In this document: piece after piece, positions 14,088 to 22,483 of the stretch
How positions within the stretch are numbered: the first letter of the stretch is position 1
Layout of the letters: each line of letters opens with the position of its first letter
Assembly: GCA_046598045.1 (NCBI GenBank)
Contig: JBKJJJ010000070.1
Coordinates: forward strand, 1 to 25,290
DNA length: 25,290 bases
From: Candidatus Eiseniibacteriota bacterium
GTDB lineage: Bacteria; Eisenbacteria; RBG-16-71-46; DASYSL01
Reading direction: 5' to 3'
Made by a program: the position numbers and the translations under genes
The notes under the pieces: model-generated
Database searches by the model: none
Told to the model about the DNA's origin: nothing
The model's input: only the letters and a program-made list of their open reading frames with translations

Positions 14088-17039
14088 ATGCGCAAGTCGA
14101 GTGTAGCAAATCGCCTCAAAGGAGGCGCGCGCGTCTCCCTCCTGGTGGCGACGCTGGTCCTTGGGATCGGGGCTTCCCGCGCGGCGCTGCCGCCGGCCGG
14201 CACCCCCGCGCGTCCCGCCGCGAGCGATCCCCGGAAGGATCCCGTGATTGCGCGCGTGGAGGGCAACCCGATCCGGCTCTCCGAGGCTCAGGAATTCCAG
14301 CGCCGCAACATGGAGCGCTACCAGAAGGAAACCGGCAAGCCCGCTCCGCCCGCCTACGACACGTTCTTCCTGCGGATCGGCCTCGAGGAGGTGGTGCGCC
14401 AGCGCCTGATCGTGATCGACGCGAAGGCCCGCGGGGTTTCGGTCAGCGACGCGCAGGCCGAGTCCCTGATGAAGCTCGACCCGCTGTTTCGCGTCCAGGG
14501 CGCATTCGAGCCGTCGCGCTTCGCGGCCTACCGCGCGCAGAACCCGAAGGGTTTCGACGACGCGCGCGAGCAGGCCCGCGCGCTGCTCCTGTTCCAGCGC
14601 CGCATGAAGAGCCTCGAGCGCGAACTCGACCCGTCCGCCGGCGAGCTCGCGACCATGGCGAAGGCCAAGGACCTCAAGGCCCGCACGCGTTCCGTCCTCG
14701 TCTCCGACCTCCAATTCGACGGTGTGCACGATCCCGGCGACGAGGAGTTGCGCACCTACTATCAAAAACACCAGGACGAACTCGCCCGCCCGGCCGAGCT
14801 GGCGTTCACCGCCGCGACCGTGACCTGGCCGGCGGACGCCGCAACCCACGCCCCGACCCGCGCTCGCGCCGAATCGCTGCTCGCCGCCGCGAGCGCTGGC
14901 GCCGCGTTCGAGTCGCTGCTGCGCGCGCCGGGCGTGGTGTCCTCCTCGGGGGTGTGGCGCCCCGGCGCAAAAGCGGGCCTGCTGGCGAACCAGGCGCCAC
15001 TCGCCGAGAGCGCACTTTCGCTCACGCCCGGCCGCTTCCTGCCGACGGTGATCGAAGCGGACGACGGCTTCGCGATCGTGCGCGTCGACCGCGCGCAGGC
15101 GCGCGTCGTGCCGCCGCTGTCCCAGATCGCGGTCGACCTGCGCGCGCGCATCCGCGCCGAGAAGATCGAGGCCGAGGAAGCGCTCGCGAGCCGCCGCTAC
15201 TTCGACGCCCATCCCGACTCGTTCGCCACGCGCGCGTGGCAGGTGCGCTGGGCGATCGTCGATTCCTCGAAGGTCTCGCCGCGTTCGCCGAAGGAACCCG
15301 ACCTGAGGGCCTGGTACGACGGGCACGAGGCCGAGTTCGCGCGCCTCGATCCGGCGGGCGGCGGCGTGCAGACGCGGCCGTTCGAGGAGGTGCGCGAACA
15401 GGTGGCGCAACATTGGCGCACGGAGGACCGCGTGCGCGAGACCCGGCGCATCGCCGACGAGTTGGCCGTCGCCTGGGGGAAGGGGCGGGAGGGCCAGGGC
15501 GGCCGGGCCACCACGGTGGGCGGGCCAGCGTGGATCGTCGACGGCGGCGCCCTGCCCGACGGGCTGACGCGTGCCCTCGCGGATTCCGCCCGCGGCTGGA
15601 ACCAGGCGCCGCACGCGCTCGTGGTTCCCGACGCCGCCGGGTATGCCGTGGTCGCCGCGGTGCGTTTCGAGCCGAACTACCATGCTCCGTTCGAGGTCGT
15701 CGCGCCCCGGGTGCGCGAGCTCGCGTTCGAAGAGCGCCTGGCCAGGGACCGGGCAGGCGCGCGCGCCTGGTACGAGAGCCACCTCGCGGACTATCGCACC
15801 GGGACGGGCTACCTGCTGCTGATTGTGACCTCGCCGCCGGTGCCGACGGTGCGGATCAACGTCCCCGCCGACCGGATCGAGCGCTATTACCGGGAGCACC
15901 TCGGTGAACTCGGCACGCCCCCCGAGGTCCACGTCCGCCACCTCCTGGTCATGACCGACAAGCGCAGCGACGCGGAGGCGAGGGAACTCGCGGGCCGCCT
16001 GCTCGCGCGCGTCCGGCGGGGGGAGGACTTCGGGGCGCTGGCGCGCCAGTTCTCCGAGGACCCGGGCAGCAAGGACCAGGGCGGCGACCTCGGCTTCGTG
16101 CGGCGGGGGGGCACGGTGCCCGCGTTCGAGCGTGCCGCGTTCGCGCTCACCACGGCGCAGCCGCTCTCGGGCCTCGTACACACCGGGTTCGGCTATCACA
16201 TCATCCAGTTGCTCGCGCGCCGCGAGGGCAAGCCGCCCGCGTTCGAGGACGTGCGCGCGGAGCTCGGGCAGAAACTGGCGGTGGAGTACGCGGACACGCT
16301 CGCGCGCCAGAGCGCAGTCGACCTGCTGAAGCAGGCGAAGACCTACGGCCAGCTGCTCGCGCTGTCCGAGGCCCGGCAGTTGCCGAGCCAGTTCGACCTC
16401 TGGTATGAGGGCCAGCCCGTCGGCGGACCGACGTCGATCGACCAACTGCGCGCCGACCTGAAGAACGTCGCGCCGAAGTCCGTTCTCCCGCGCATCTACC
16501 CCTACATGCAGCAGGGCTACGTGATCGCGGCGCTCGACTCGATCCTGCCACCGAAGCAACTCGGGTTCGACGAGGTCAAAGACCGCGTGCTGCTCGACCA
16601 GCAGCGGGATGCCGGCCGGCGGGCGGCCCGCGCGCGCGCCGACCGCCTGGCGCACGATCTCGAGGCGGGCGTGCCGTGGGAGCGCGCGGTCGAGACCGTG
16701 AGCGCCGAGGTCACGTCGCCGCTCCTCGGCCGCGGCGTCGGACTGCCCTCGATGGGGCCGGTGGCGGGGCTCGATTCCCTCTTGTTCGGGCCCGGCGCGG
16801 ACACGCTTGCCGTCGGCGGCTGGCGCCGGCTCGCGACGCCGCGTGGCGACCTGTTCGTCCAACTGCTCGAGCGCAGCCTGCCCGAGCCGTCCCTGGCCCC
16901 GGCCGCGCGCGAGCAGTTGCGCGCAACGGTGCTCAACCGCCGCATGTACGACTACATCGAGCGCCTGCGAGAGCGTCACCCGGTCCAGGTCCTGCGCAGC
17001 GACCTGGCCGAGCGCATCCCGCCGCCGCCGGCGATCTAG
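14088..17039 (+). CDS. Large secreted PpiD/SurA-like chaperone with a parvulin (PpiC) domain, 983 aa
   Basis: Basic n-region plus hydrophobic h-region and ASRA-A cleavage site. SurA_N-like VIARVEGNPI...LIVIDAKARGVSVSD. Parvulin VRHLLV...FGALARQFSEDPGSKDQGGDLGF...VPAFERAAF...VHTGFGYHIIQL. Confidence 0.88.
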   Translation: MRKSSVANRLKGGARVSLLVATLVLGIGASRAALPPAGTPARPAASDPRKDPVIARVEGNPIRLSEAQEFQRRNMERYQKETGKPAPPAYDTFFLRIGLEEVVRQRLIVIDAKARGVSVSDAQAESLMKLDPLFRVQGAFEPSRFAAYRAQNPKGFDDAREQARALLLFQRRMKSLERELDPSAGELATMAKAKDLKARTRSVLVSDLQFDGVHDPGDEELRTYYQKHQDELARPAELAFTAATVTWPADAATHAPTRARAESLLAAASAGAAFESLLRAPGVVSSSGVWRPGAKAGLLANQAPLAESALSLTPGRFLPTVIEADDGFAIVRVDRAQARVVPPLSQIAVDLRARIRAEKIEAEEALASRRYFDAHPDSFATRAWQVRWAIVDSSKVSPRSPKEPDLRAWYDGHEAEFARLDPAGGGVQTRPFEEVREQVAQHWRTEDRVRETRRIADELAVAWGKGREGQGGRATTVGGPAWIVDGGALPDGLTRALADSARGWNQAPHALVVPDAAGYAVVAAVRFEPNYHAPFEVVAPRVRELAFEERLARDRAGARAWYESHLADYRTGTGYLLLIVTSPPVPTVRINVPADRIERYYREHLGELGTPPEVHVRHLLVMTDKRSDAEARELAGRLLARVRRGEDFGALARQFSEDPGSKDQGGDLGFVRRGGTVPAFERAAFALTTAQPLSGLVHTGFGYHIIQLLARREGKPPAFEDVRAELGQKLAVEYADTLARQSAVDLLKQAKTYGQLLALSEARQLPSQFDLWYEGQPVGGPTSIDQLRADLKNVAPKSVLPRIYPYMQQGYVIAALDSILPPKQLGFDEVKDRVLLDQQRDAGRRAARARADRLAHDLEAGVPWERAVETVSAEVTSPLLGRGVGLPSMGPVAGLDSLLFGPGADTLAVGGWRRLATPRGDLFVQLLERSLPEPSLAPAAREQLRATVLNRRMYDYIERLRERHPVQVLRSDLAERIPPPPAI
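14100..14108 (-). promoter_or_regulatory. Putative extended -10 promoter for pgeF, inside the first codons of the opposite gene
   Basis: Minus strand reads TGCTACACT (TGnTAnnnT). No recognisable -35. Confidence 0.45.
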
Positions 17040-17056
17040 GAACGGGCGGGCAGCGC

Positions 17057-17440
17057 ATGGACAGTCGCCCGACCCGGCCGCTGCGGCTCGCGCTGGTCGA
17101 TCTCGACTGGAGCGGGCTCGACGGGTTCCGCGCGGCGCTCGACGCCGCGCTGCGCGACGGCGGCCACGATCCCGTCGCGGCCTCCGACGCCGAGGTGCGG
17201 CTGGCGATCGCCGAGGGACCGGAGGCGCCCACCTTCCAATGGGCCCGGCTCGCCGGTGTGCCGCGCGCCGGCGAGGTCGCCCGCCTCGGCGAGGTCGTGG
17301 TCGATGCCGTGATGGTCTCGGCGGCGGGCCCGCGCGCGGCCCAGGCCGCACGCCTCGCGGCCTCGCTCGGCGCGCTCGTCGTGGCGCTGCCCGCCTCCGC
17401 GTCGAGCCGGCTGACCCAGCGCTCTGGGCTTTCCCCGTGA
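17057..17440 (+). CDS. Hypothetical protein, 127 aa, possibly a degenerate Rossmann-like domain
   Basis: Fills the gap between genes, has GC-rich third codon positions, and its TGA overlaps the mutL GTG (GTGA). Confidence 0.6.
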   Translation: MDSRPTRPLRLALVDLDWSGLDGFRAALDAALRDGGHDPVAASDAEVRLAIAEGPEAPTFQWARLAGVPRAGEVARLGEVVVDAVMVSAAGPRAAQAARLAASLGALVVALPASASSRLTQRSGLSP

Positions 17441-19299
17441 GCGCGCCCGTCACCGCCGGCCGCATCCATCTCCTCGACGCGCGCACCGCCTCGCGCATCG
17501 CCGCGGGCGAGGTGCTCGATCGCCCGAGCGCCGCGCTCAAGGAGTTGGTCGAGAACGCGCTCGACGCGGGCGCCGGCACGATCGAGATCACGGTCGAGGA
17601 GGCGCTCGACCGCTCGTTCGCGATCGCCGACGACGGCGTCGGCATGTCGGGCGAGGAACTCGCGCTCGCGCTCGAGCGCCACGCCACCAGCAAGATCACC
17701 GCGCTCGAGGACCTCGATCGGCTCGGGACGCTCGGCTTCCGCGGCGAGGCCCTGCCGTCGATCGCTGAAGTCAGCCGGGTCACGATCCTGAGTCGCCCGC
17801 GCGATCCCGAGGGGCCGGCGCACCAGCTCGTCGCCGAGGGCGGTGTCCTCGCGCCCGTCACCGCGGCGGCGCGCGCGCCGGGGACCACGATCTCGGTCAA
17901 GGACCTGTTCTACAACACGCCCGCACGCCGCAAGTTCCTCAAGTCGGCCGTGGGGGAGTTGCGGCTCGCGATGCGCATGCTCACCGCCTACGCGATCGCG
18001 CACCCCGAGACCGCGTTCCGCTTCACGGTCGACGGCAAGTCGCGCCTCGCGCTGCCGCAGGCCGCATCGCGCCGGGACCGCCTGGTGGCGATCTTCGGCG
18101 CGCATTTCGTCGAGCGCCTGATCGAGACGCGCGAGGAGCGCCCGGGTTTCGTGTTCGAGGCCTGGCTCGGCATGCCCGAGATGGCACGCGTCACGCGCGA
18201 GGGCCAGACTCTGCTCGTCAACCGGCGCTGGATCCAGAGCCCGCTACTGTCGCAGGCCGTGCGCCACGGTTACGGCAACCTGGTCGCGCCGGGGCGCCAC
18301 CCGACGGCGCTGGTCGCACTCGACGTCGATCCGGCAACGGTGGATGTCAATATCCACCCGACCAAGCGCGAGGTGCGCTTCACGCGTGAAGACGCGCTCT
18401 TCGGGTTCGTGGCACAGACGGTGGCACAGCCGCTCGCCAAGCTCGCACCGCGTTACCTGCCGAGCGCGCGCGCGGAGAGCGGCCCGCCGACGCTCGCCGA
18501 GCTCACGCGCGAGGACCTCCGGCAGGAGAGCCTGTTCTCGACGCCGCCGCGATCGGGCGGGCCCGGCGCGGTCGCGGTCTCGACCGGCGGGGCGACGCTC
18601 GCGGGCGGCACCGGCGCGGCCGGGCCGGCAGGCCCGCTCCGCCTCGTGCCGCGCCCCGGCGAGGAAACGAGCGAGGGCGCATCCGCGCTCTCGGCCCCGA
18701 CCGAAGGCTCGCCGTCGTCGCGCCTGCCCGACCTCTGGCAGCTGCACCAGACCTACATCCTCGCGCCGATCTCGGGCGGCCTCCTGATCGTCGACCAGCA
18801 CGCCGCCCACGAGCGCATCCTCTACGAGGAGGCGATGACGCGCTTCCGCACGCGCCAGGCGACGAGCCAGGGCCTGCTGTTCGCGTTGCCGGTCGACCTC
18901 TCGCGCGACGAATTCGACCTCCTGCTCGAGGTCCAGCCCGCGCTCGAAGCGCTCGGCTTCGACCTGTCCGCGCTCTCGCCGCCGACCGTGATGGTGCGCG
19001 GCGTGCCGGCCGGGATCGGTGCGCGCGACCCGGCGCGCCTGCTGCGCGACGTGCTCGACGGCCTGGGCGAGAACCATGGCCGCAGCCTCGCGCGCGAGGA
19101 ACCATGGGACCGCGTTGCGAAGTCGTTCGCCTGCCACGCTGCCGTGCGCGCGGGCGAATCGCTCTCGCGCGAGGAGATGAACCGGCTCATCGACCGCCTG
19201 TTCGCCACCGACCTGCCGCACGGCGACCCCCACGGTCGCGCGACGTTCGTGCGCGTGGACCTGCACGAGCTCAACCAGCGGTTCGGCCGGAGCGACTGA
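17437..19299 (+). CDS. mutL: DNA mismatch repair endonuclease MutL, 620 aa
   Basis: Motifs IAAGEVLDRPSAALKELVENALDAGA, RHATSKI, TLGFRGEALPSI, DLFYNTPARRKFLKS, VDVNIHPTKREVRF, DQHAAHERILYE, ACHAAVRAG. Confidence 0.98.
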   Translation: MSAPVTAGRIHLLDARTASRIAAGEVLDRPSAALKELVENALDAGAGTIEITVEEALDRSFAIADDGVGMSGEELALALERHATSKITALEDLDRLGTLGFRGEALPSIAEVSRVTILSRPRDPEGPAHQLVAEGGVLAPVTAAARAPGTTISVKDLFYNTPARRKFLKSAVGELRLAMRMLTAYAIAHPETAFRFTVDGKSRLALPQAASRRDRLVAIFGAHFVERLIETREERPGFVFEAWLGMPEMARVTREGQTLLVNRRWIQSPLLSQAVRHGYGNLVAPGRHPTALVALDVDPATVDVNIHPTKREVRFTREDALFGFVAQTVAQPLAKLAPRYLPSARAESGPPTLAELTREDLRQESLFSTPPRSGGPGAVAVSTGGATLAGGTGAAGPAGPLRLVPRPGEETSEGASALSAPTEGSPSSRLPDLWQLHQTYILAPISGGLLIVDQHAAHERILYEEAMTRFRTRQATSQGLLFALPVDLSRDEFDLLLEVQPALEALGFDLSALSPPTVMVRGVPAGIGARDPARLLRDVLDGLGENHGRSLAREEPWDRVAKSFACHAAVRAGESLSREEMNRLIDRLFATDLPHGDPHGRATFVRVDLHELNQRFGRSD

Positions 19300-19303
19300 G
19301 GCC

Positions 19304-20296
19304 ATGGCGAAGGCCACGCTGCCGTTCGTCCTCACCGGCGCCACCGGCACCGGCAAGACCGAGGTCGCGCTCGAGCTGGCCGAACGCCTCGGCGCCGAGA
19401 TCGTGTGCGCCGACTCGCGGCAACTCTACCGGGGACTCGACGTCGCGACCGGCAAGCCCACGCCCGCCGAACGCGCCCGCGTGCCGCACCACGGCTTCGA
19501 CACGCTCGACCCGGCCGAGACTTCGTCGGCGGGGGAGTACGGCCGCGCGACGCGCCCGATCCTCGAGCGCCTCGCGGGCAACGGCACACCCGCGCTGCTC
19601 GTCGGCGGCAGCGGACTCTACCTGCGCGCACTCCACGCCGGGCTCGCCGAAGTGCCCGAGATCCCGGACGACGTGCGCTCGGGGGTGCGCGCGCGGCTCG
19701 AGGCGCAGGGCGCGCCCGCGCTCCACGAGGAACTCGCGGCGCTCGACCCCGCGCTCGCCGCGCGCCTCGCCCCGCTCGACCGCCAGCGCATCGCCCGCGG
19801 CCTCGAGGTCGTGCTCGCCACCGGCAAGCCGCTCTCGGAATGGCAGGCCGAGTCCGCGCACGATCCCGCGCCCTGGTTCTGGGTGGCGCTCGGCCGGCCG
19901 CGCTCGAGCCACGCCGACCTGCTCGCGCGGCGCGCGCGCGGGTTCTTCGAAGGCGGCCTGCTCGGGGAGGTGGAAGGCCTGCGCGCCGCCGGAGTCGCGC
20001 GCGATGCTCCGGGGCTCGACGCGCTCGGCTATCGCGAGGCGCTCGACGTGCTCGAGGGCACGCGCTCGCTCGACGACGCGGTGCTTCTCCTCACGCGCCA
20101 CACCGTCCAGTACGCGAAGCGCCAGGCGACCTGGCTGCGGGGCGAGGAGCGCCGCGTGGAACTCGAGTTCCGCGAGATCGGGGCCCACGAATCCCCGGGC
20201 CAGGTCGCCCGCGAGCTCGCTGAACACTACGAGCAGGCGCTCGCCGAGCACGGCATCCGACCCCTGACCGGGCGTGGCGAACGACTTTCCCGTTGA
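19304..20296 (+). CDS. miaA: tRNA dimethylallyltransferase MiaA, 330 aa
   Basis: Motifs GATGTGKT, ADSRQLYRGLDVATGKP, VPHH, VGGSGLY, RIARGLEV, LGYRE, YAKRQATW. Lies directly after mutL. Confidence 0.96.
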   Translation: MAKATLPFVLTGATGTGKTEVALELAERLGAEIVCADSRQLYRGLDVATGKPTPAERARVPHHGFDTLDPAETSSAGEYGRATRPILERLAGNGTPALLVGGSGLYLRALHAGLAEVPEIPDDVRSGVRARLEAQGAPALHEELAALDPALAARLAPLDRQRIARGLEVVLATGKPLSEWQAESAHDPAPWFWVALGRPRSSHADLLARRARGFFEGGLLGEVEGLRAAGVARDAPGLDALGYREALDVLEGTRSLDDAVLLLTRHTVQYAKRQATWLRGEERRVELEFREIGAHESPGQVARELAEHYEQALAEHGIRPLTGRGERLSR

Positions 20297-20321
20297 CGGG
20301 GCGGGTCGCTCAAGGCATTCT
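20293..20321 (+). promoter_or_regulatory. Putative promoter for tRNA-Gly and the der operon
   Basis: TTGACG (overlapping the miaA TGA)-17 bp-CATTCT. Confidence 0.65.
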
Positions 20322-20379
20322 CCCGACAATGACTTAGCGGCGCGACCTCATCGTGAGGTTCAGCGCACGCGATCCATGG

Positions 20380-20454
20380 GCGGGCATAACTCAGCGGTAG
20401 AGTGTCAGCTTCCCAAGCTGAAGGTCGCGGGTTCGAATCCCGTTGCCCGCTCCA
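20380..20454 (+). tRNA. tRNA-Gly (anticodon CCC), CCA encoded
   Basis: Acceptor GCGGGCA/TGCCCGC, D arm ACTC/GAGT, anticodon arm TCAGC-TTCCCAA-GCTGA, T loop GTTCGAATC, 3' end TCCA (U73). Confidence 0.97.
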
Positions 20455-20504
20455 TTGCCCTTTGACCCACGCCGCTTCGCCTCACCTCTCCACCGGAGCC
20501 ACGG

Positions 20505-21818
20505 ATGCGCCACCCCGTCGTCGCGATCATCGGCCGCCCGAACGTCGGCAAGTCGACGCTCTTCAATCGTGTCCTCGGCGGGCGCGTAGCGGTCGTCGAC
20601 GACCGGCCGGGCATCACCAAGGACCGCCACTTCGCGCTCACCGAGTGGAACGGCCGCCCGTTCTACCTGGTCGACACGGGCGGTTTCCTGCCCGACATCG
20701 AGGTCGGCATCGAGGCCGCGGTCCGCCGCCAGGCCGAGATGGCGCTCGAGGCCTCCGCGGTGACGATCTTCCTGACGGACGCGAAGACCGGGGTCACCGA
20801 CCTCGACGGCGCGATCGCGCGCTCGCTGCTCAAGCGCGGACGCCCGGCGCTGCTCGTGGTCAACAAGGCCGACAACCCGAAGATTCCGGTCGAGGGCGAG
20901 TTCTACCGGCTCGGCCTCGCCGATCCGATCGCGATCTCGAGCGAGCAGGGGATCGGCGTCGGCGACCTGCTCGACCGCGTGGTCGCGCTGCTCCCGCCCG
21001 CCGATGCCGAGCTGCCGGACGACGGCGCCGTACGGGTCGCGATCGTGGGCCGCCCGAACGTCGGCAAGAGCTCGCTCGTCAACGCGCTGCTGCACGAGGA
21101 GCGCATGGTCGTCGACGCCAAGCCGGGCACGACGGTCGACGCGGTCGACACCGAGTACGAGACCCCCTCGGGCCGCTTCGTCCTCGTCGACACCGCGGGC
21201 CTGCGGCACGAGGCGCAGTTCGCCGAGGACGGCGAGTTCTACGCCACGTTGCGCACGATCCGCGCGGTCGAGCGCGCGGACGTCGTAATGGTCATGACCG
21301 AGGCCGACACCGGCCTCAATCGCCAGGACGTGCGCGTGATCGCGACCGCGCAGGAAGCGCGCAAGCCGGTCGCGATCGCGTACAACAAGTGGGACAAGCT
21401 GGAGGCCCGCGAGGACCGCTGGAAGGAACTCGAGGAGGAGCGGAACGAGCGCTTCCCGACGCTCTCCCGCCTGCCCGCGATCGCGATCTCCGCGCTCGAC
21501 GGCACGCGGCTCGGGCGGCTGCCGGCGCTGTGGGCAGCCTTGCACGAGGAGAACATGCGGCGCGTCCCGACCGCGAAGCTCAATGACTGGCTCAAGAAGG
21601 TGCAGGCCGAGAAGGCGCCGCCCGCAACGCGCGTGGGCCGTCCGGCCCGCATCTACTACATGACGCAGGCGGCGCAGGCGCCGCCGCGCTTCGTCATCTT
21701 CGCCAGCCAGCCGGACGCGATCAACGCCTCTTACCACCGTTTCCTCCTCAACCGCTTGCGGGACGAGTTCGGCTACGCCGGCGCGACCGTCAAGCTCGAC
21801 GTGCGCAAGAGCGAATGA
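20505..21818 (+). CDS. der: Ribosome biogenesis GTPase Der (EngA), 437 aa
   Basis: Two GTPase domains (GRPNVGKSTLFN/DTGG/NKAD and GRPNVGKSSLVN/DTAG/NKWD) and a KH-like C-terminus (YYMTQ...PPRFVIF). Confidence 0.97.
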   Translation: MRHPVVAIIGRPNVGKSTLFNRVLGGRVAVVDDRPGITKDRHFALTEWNGRPFYLVDTGGFLPDIEVGIEAAVRRQAEMALEASAVTIFLTDAKTGVTDLDGAIARSLLKRGRPALLVVNKADNPKIPVEGEFYRLGLADPIAISSEQGIGVGDLLDRVVALLPPADAELPDDGAVRVAIVGRPNVGKSSLVNALLHEERMVVDAKPGTTVDAVDTEYETPSGRFVLVDTAGLRHEAQFAEDGEFYATLRTIRAVERADVVMVMTEADTGLNRQDVRVIATAQEARKPVAIAYNKWDKLEAREDRWKELEEERNERFPTLSRLPAIAISALDGTRLGRLPALWAALHEENMRRVPTAKLNDWLKKVQAEKAPPATRVGRPARIYYMTQAAQAPPRFVIFASQPDAINASYHRFLLNRLRDEFGYAGATVKLDVRKSE

Positions 21819-22483
21819 TCCAGGGCGCGTGGTCCGTCCACTCGGCGCTCGCGCTCGTGGCGGCGTTCGGCATCGGCGCGCTTCCGTCGGCACTGTGGGT
21901 CGGCCGGATCGCGCGCGGGATCGACGTGCGCGAGCACGGCAGCGGCAACCTCGGCGCGACCAACGTCTACCGCACGCTCGGTCCCGGCCTCGGATGGACC
22001 GTGTTCCTGCTCGACGCGCTCAAGGGTGCGGGCGGCGTCCTGCTCGCGACCTGGATCGGCGGGGACGCGTTCCCGGGCGGACGCGCGGGTGCGGGGCTCG
22101 CCGGCGCGCTCGCCGCGGTGCTCGGCCACGTGTTCACTCCGTTCGCCGGCTTCAAGGGCGGCAAGGGCGCGGCCACCTCGGCCGGGGCGATGCTCGCGGT
22201 GGCGCCGATCGCAAGCGGGCTGTGCCTCGCCTGTTTCGTCCTCGCCGTCCTGTTCACGCGCCGCATCTCGGTGGGCACGATCGCCGCGGCGCTCACGTTG
22301 CCGATCTTTCTCTGGGCGGTGCCGTTCGCCTGGGCCGGCCGGGCGACCGCGATCGTCGGCTCGCTCATCAGCCTCCTGATCCTCGTGCGCCACGTGCCGA
22401 ACATCCGCCGCTTGCTCGCGGGCACCGAGCCCGCGTTCGCGTTTCGCCGGCCGCCGACGGGCACGAAGGGAGCCCGGCCATGA
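21815..22483 (+). CDS. plsY: Glycerol-3-phosphate 1-O-acyltransferase PlsY, 222 aa
   Basis: DVREHGSGNLGATNVYR, DALKG, LGHVF...FKGGKGAAT, RHVPNIRRL. Multi-TM; ATGA-coupled on both sides. Confidence 0.96.
   Translation: MIQGAWSVHSALALVAAFGIGALPSALWVGRIARGIDVREHGSGNLGATNVYRTLGPGLGWTVFLLDALKGAGGVLLATWIGGDAFPGGRAGAGLAGALAAVLGHVFTPFAGFKGGKGAATSAGAMLAVAPIASGLCLACFVLAVLFTRRISVGTIAAALTLPIFLWAVPFAWAGRATAIVGSLISLLILVRHVPNIRRLLAGTEPAFAFRRPPTGTKGARP

Noticed and set aside
13211..15907. 898-aa plus-strand ORF that could be the target of the 13251-13280 promoter
   Set aside because: Arg/Pro/Gly-rich off-frame composition; it overlaps pgeF antisense and the parvulin gene out of frame.
14034..17900. 1288-aa minus-strand ORF, and similar long antisense ORFs at 3698-5881, 6119-8107, 7924-10164, 9915-11954 and 20391-21893
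   Set aside because: Shadow ORFs opposite well-supported genes. Stop codons are scarce in high-GC DNA, the translations are Arg/Ala/Gly-rich, and no motifs are present.
20600..21150. Der switch-I variants GITKDR and GTTVDA instead of the usual TRD
   Set aside because: The essential Thr and the G1/G3/G4 motifs are intact; this looks like ordinary family variation.
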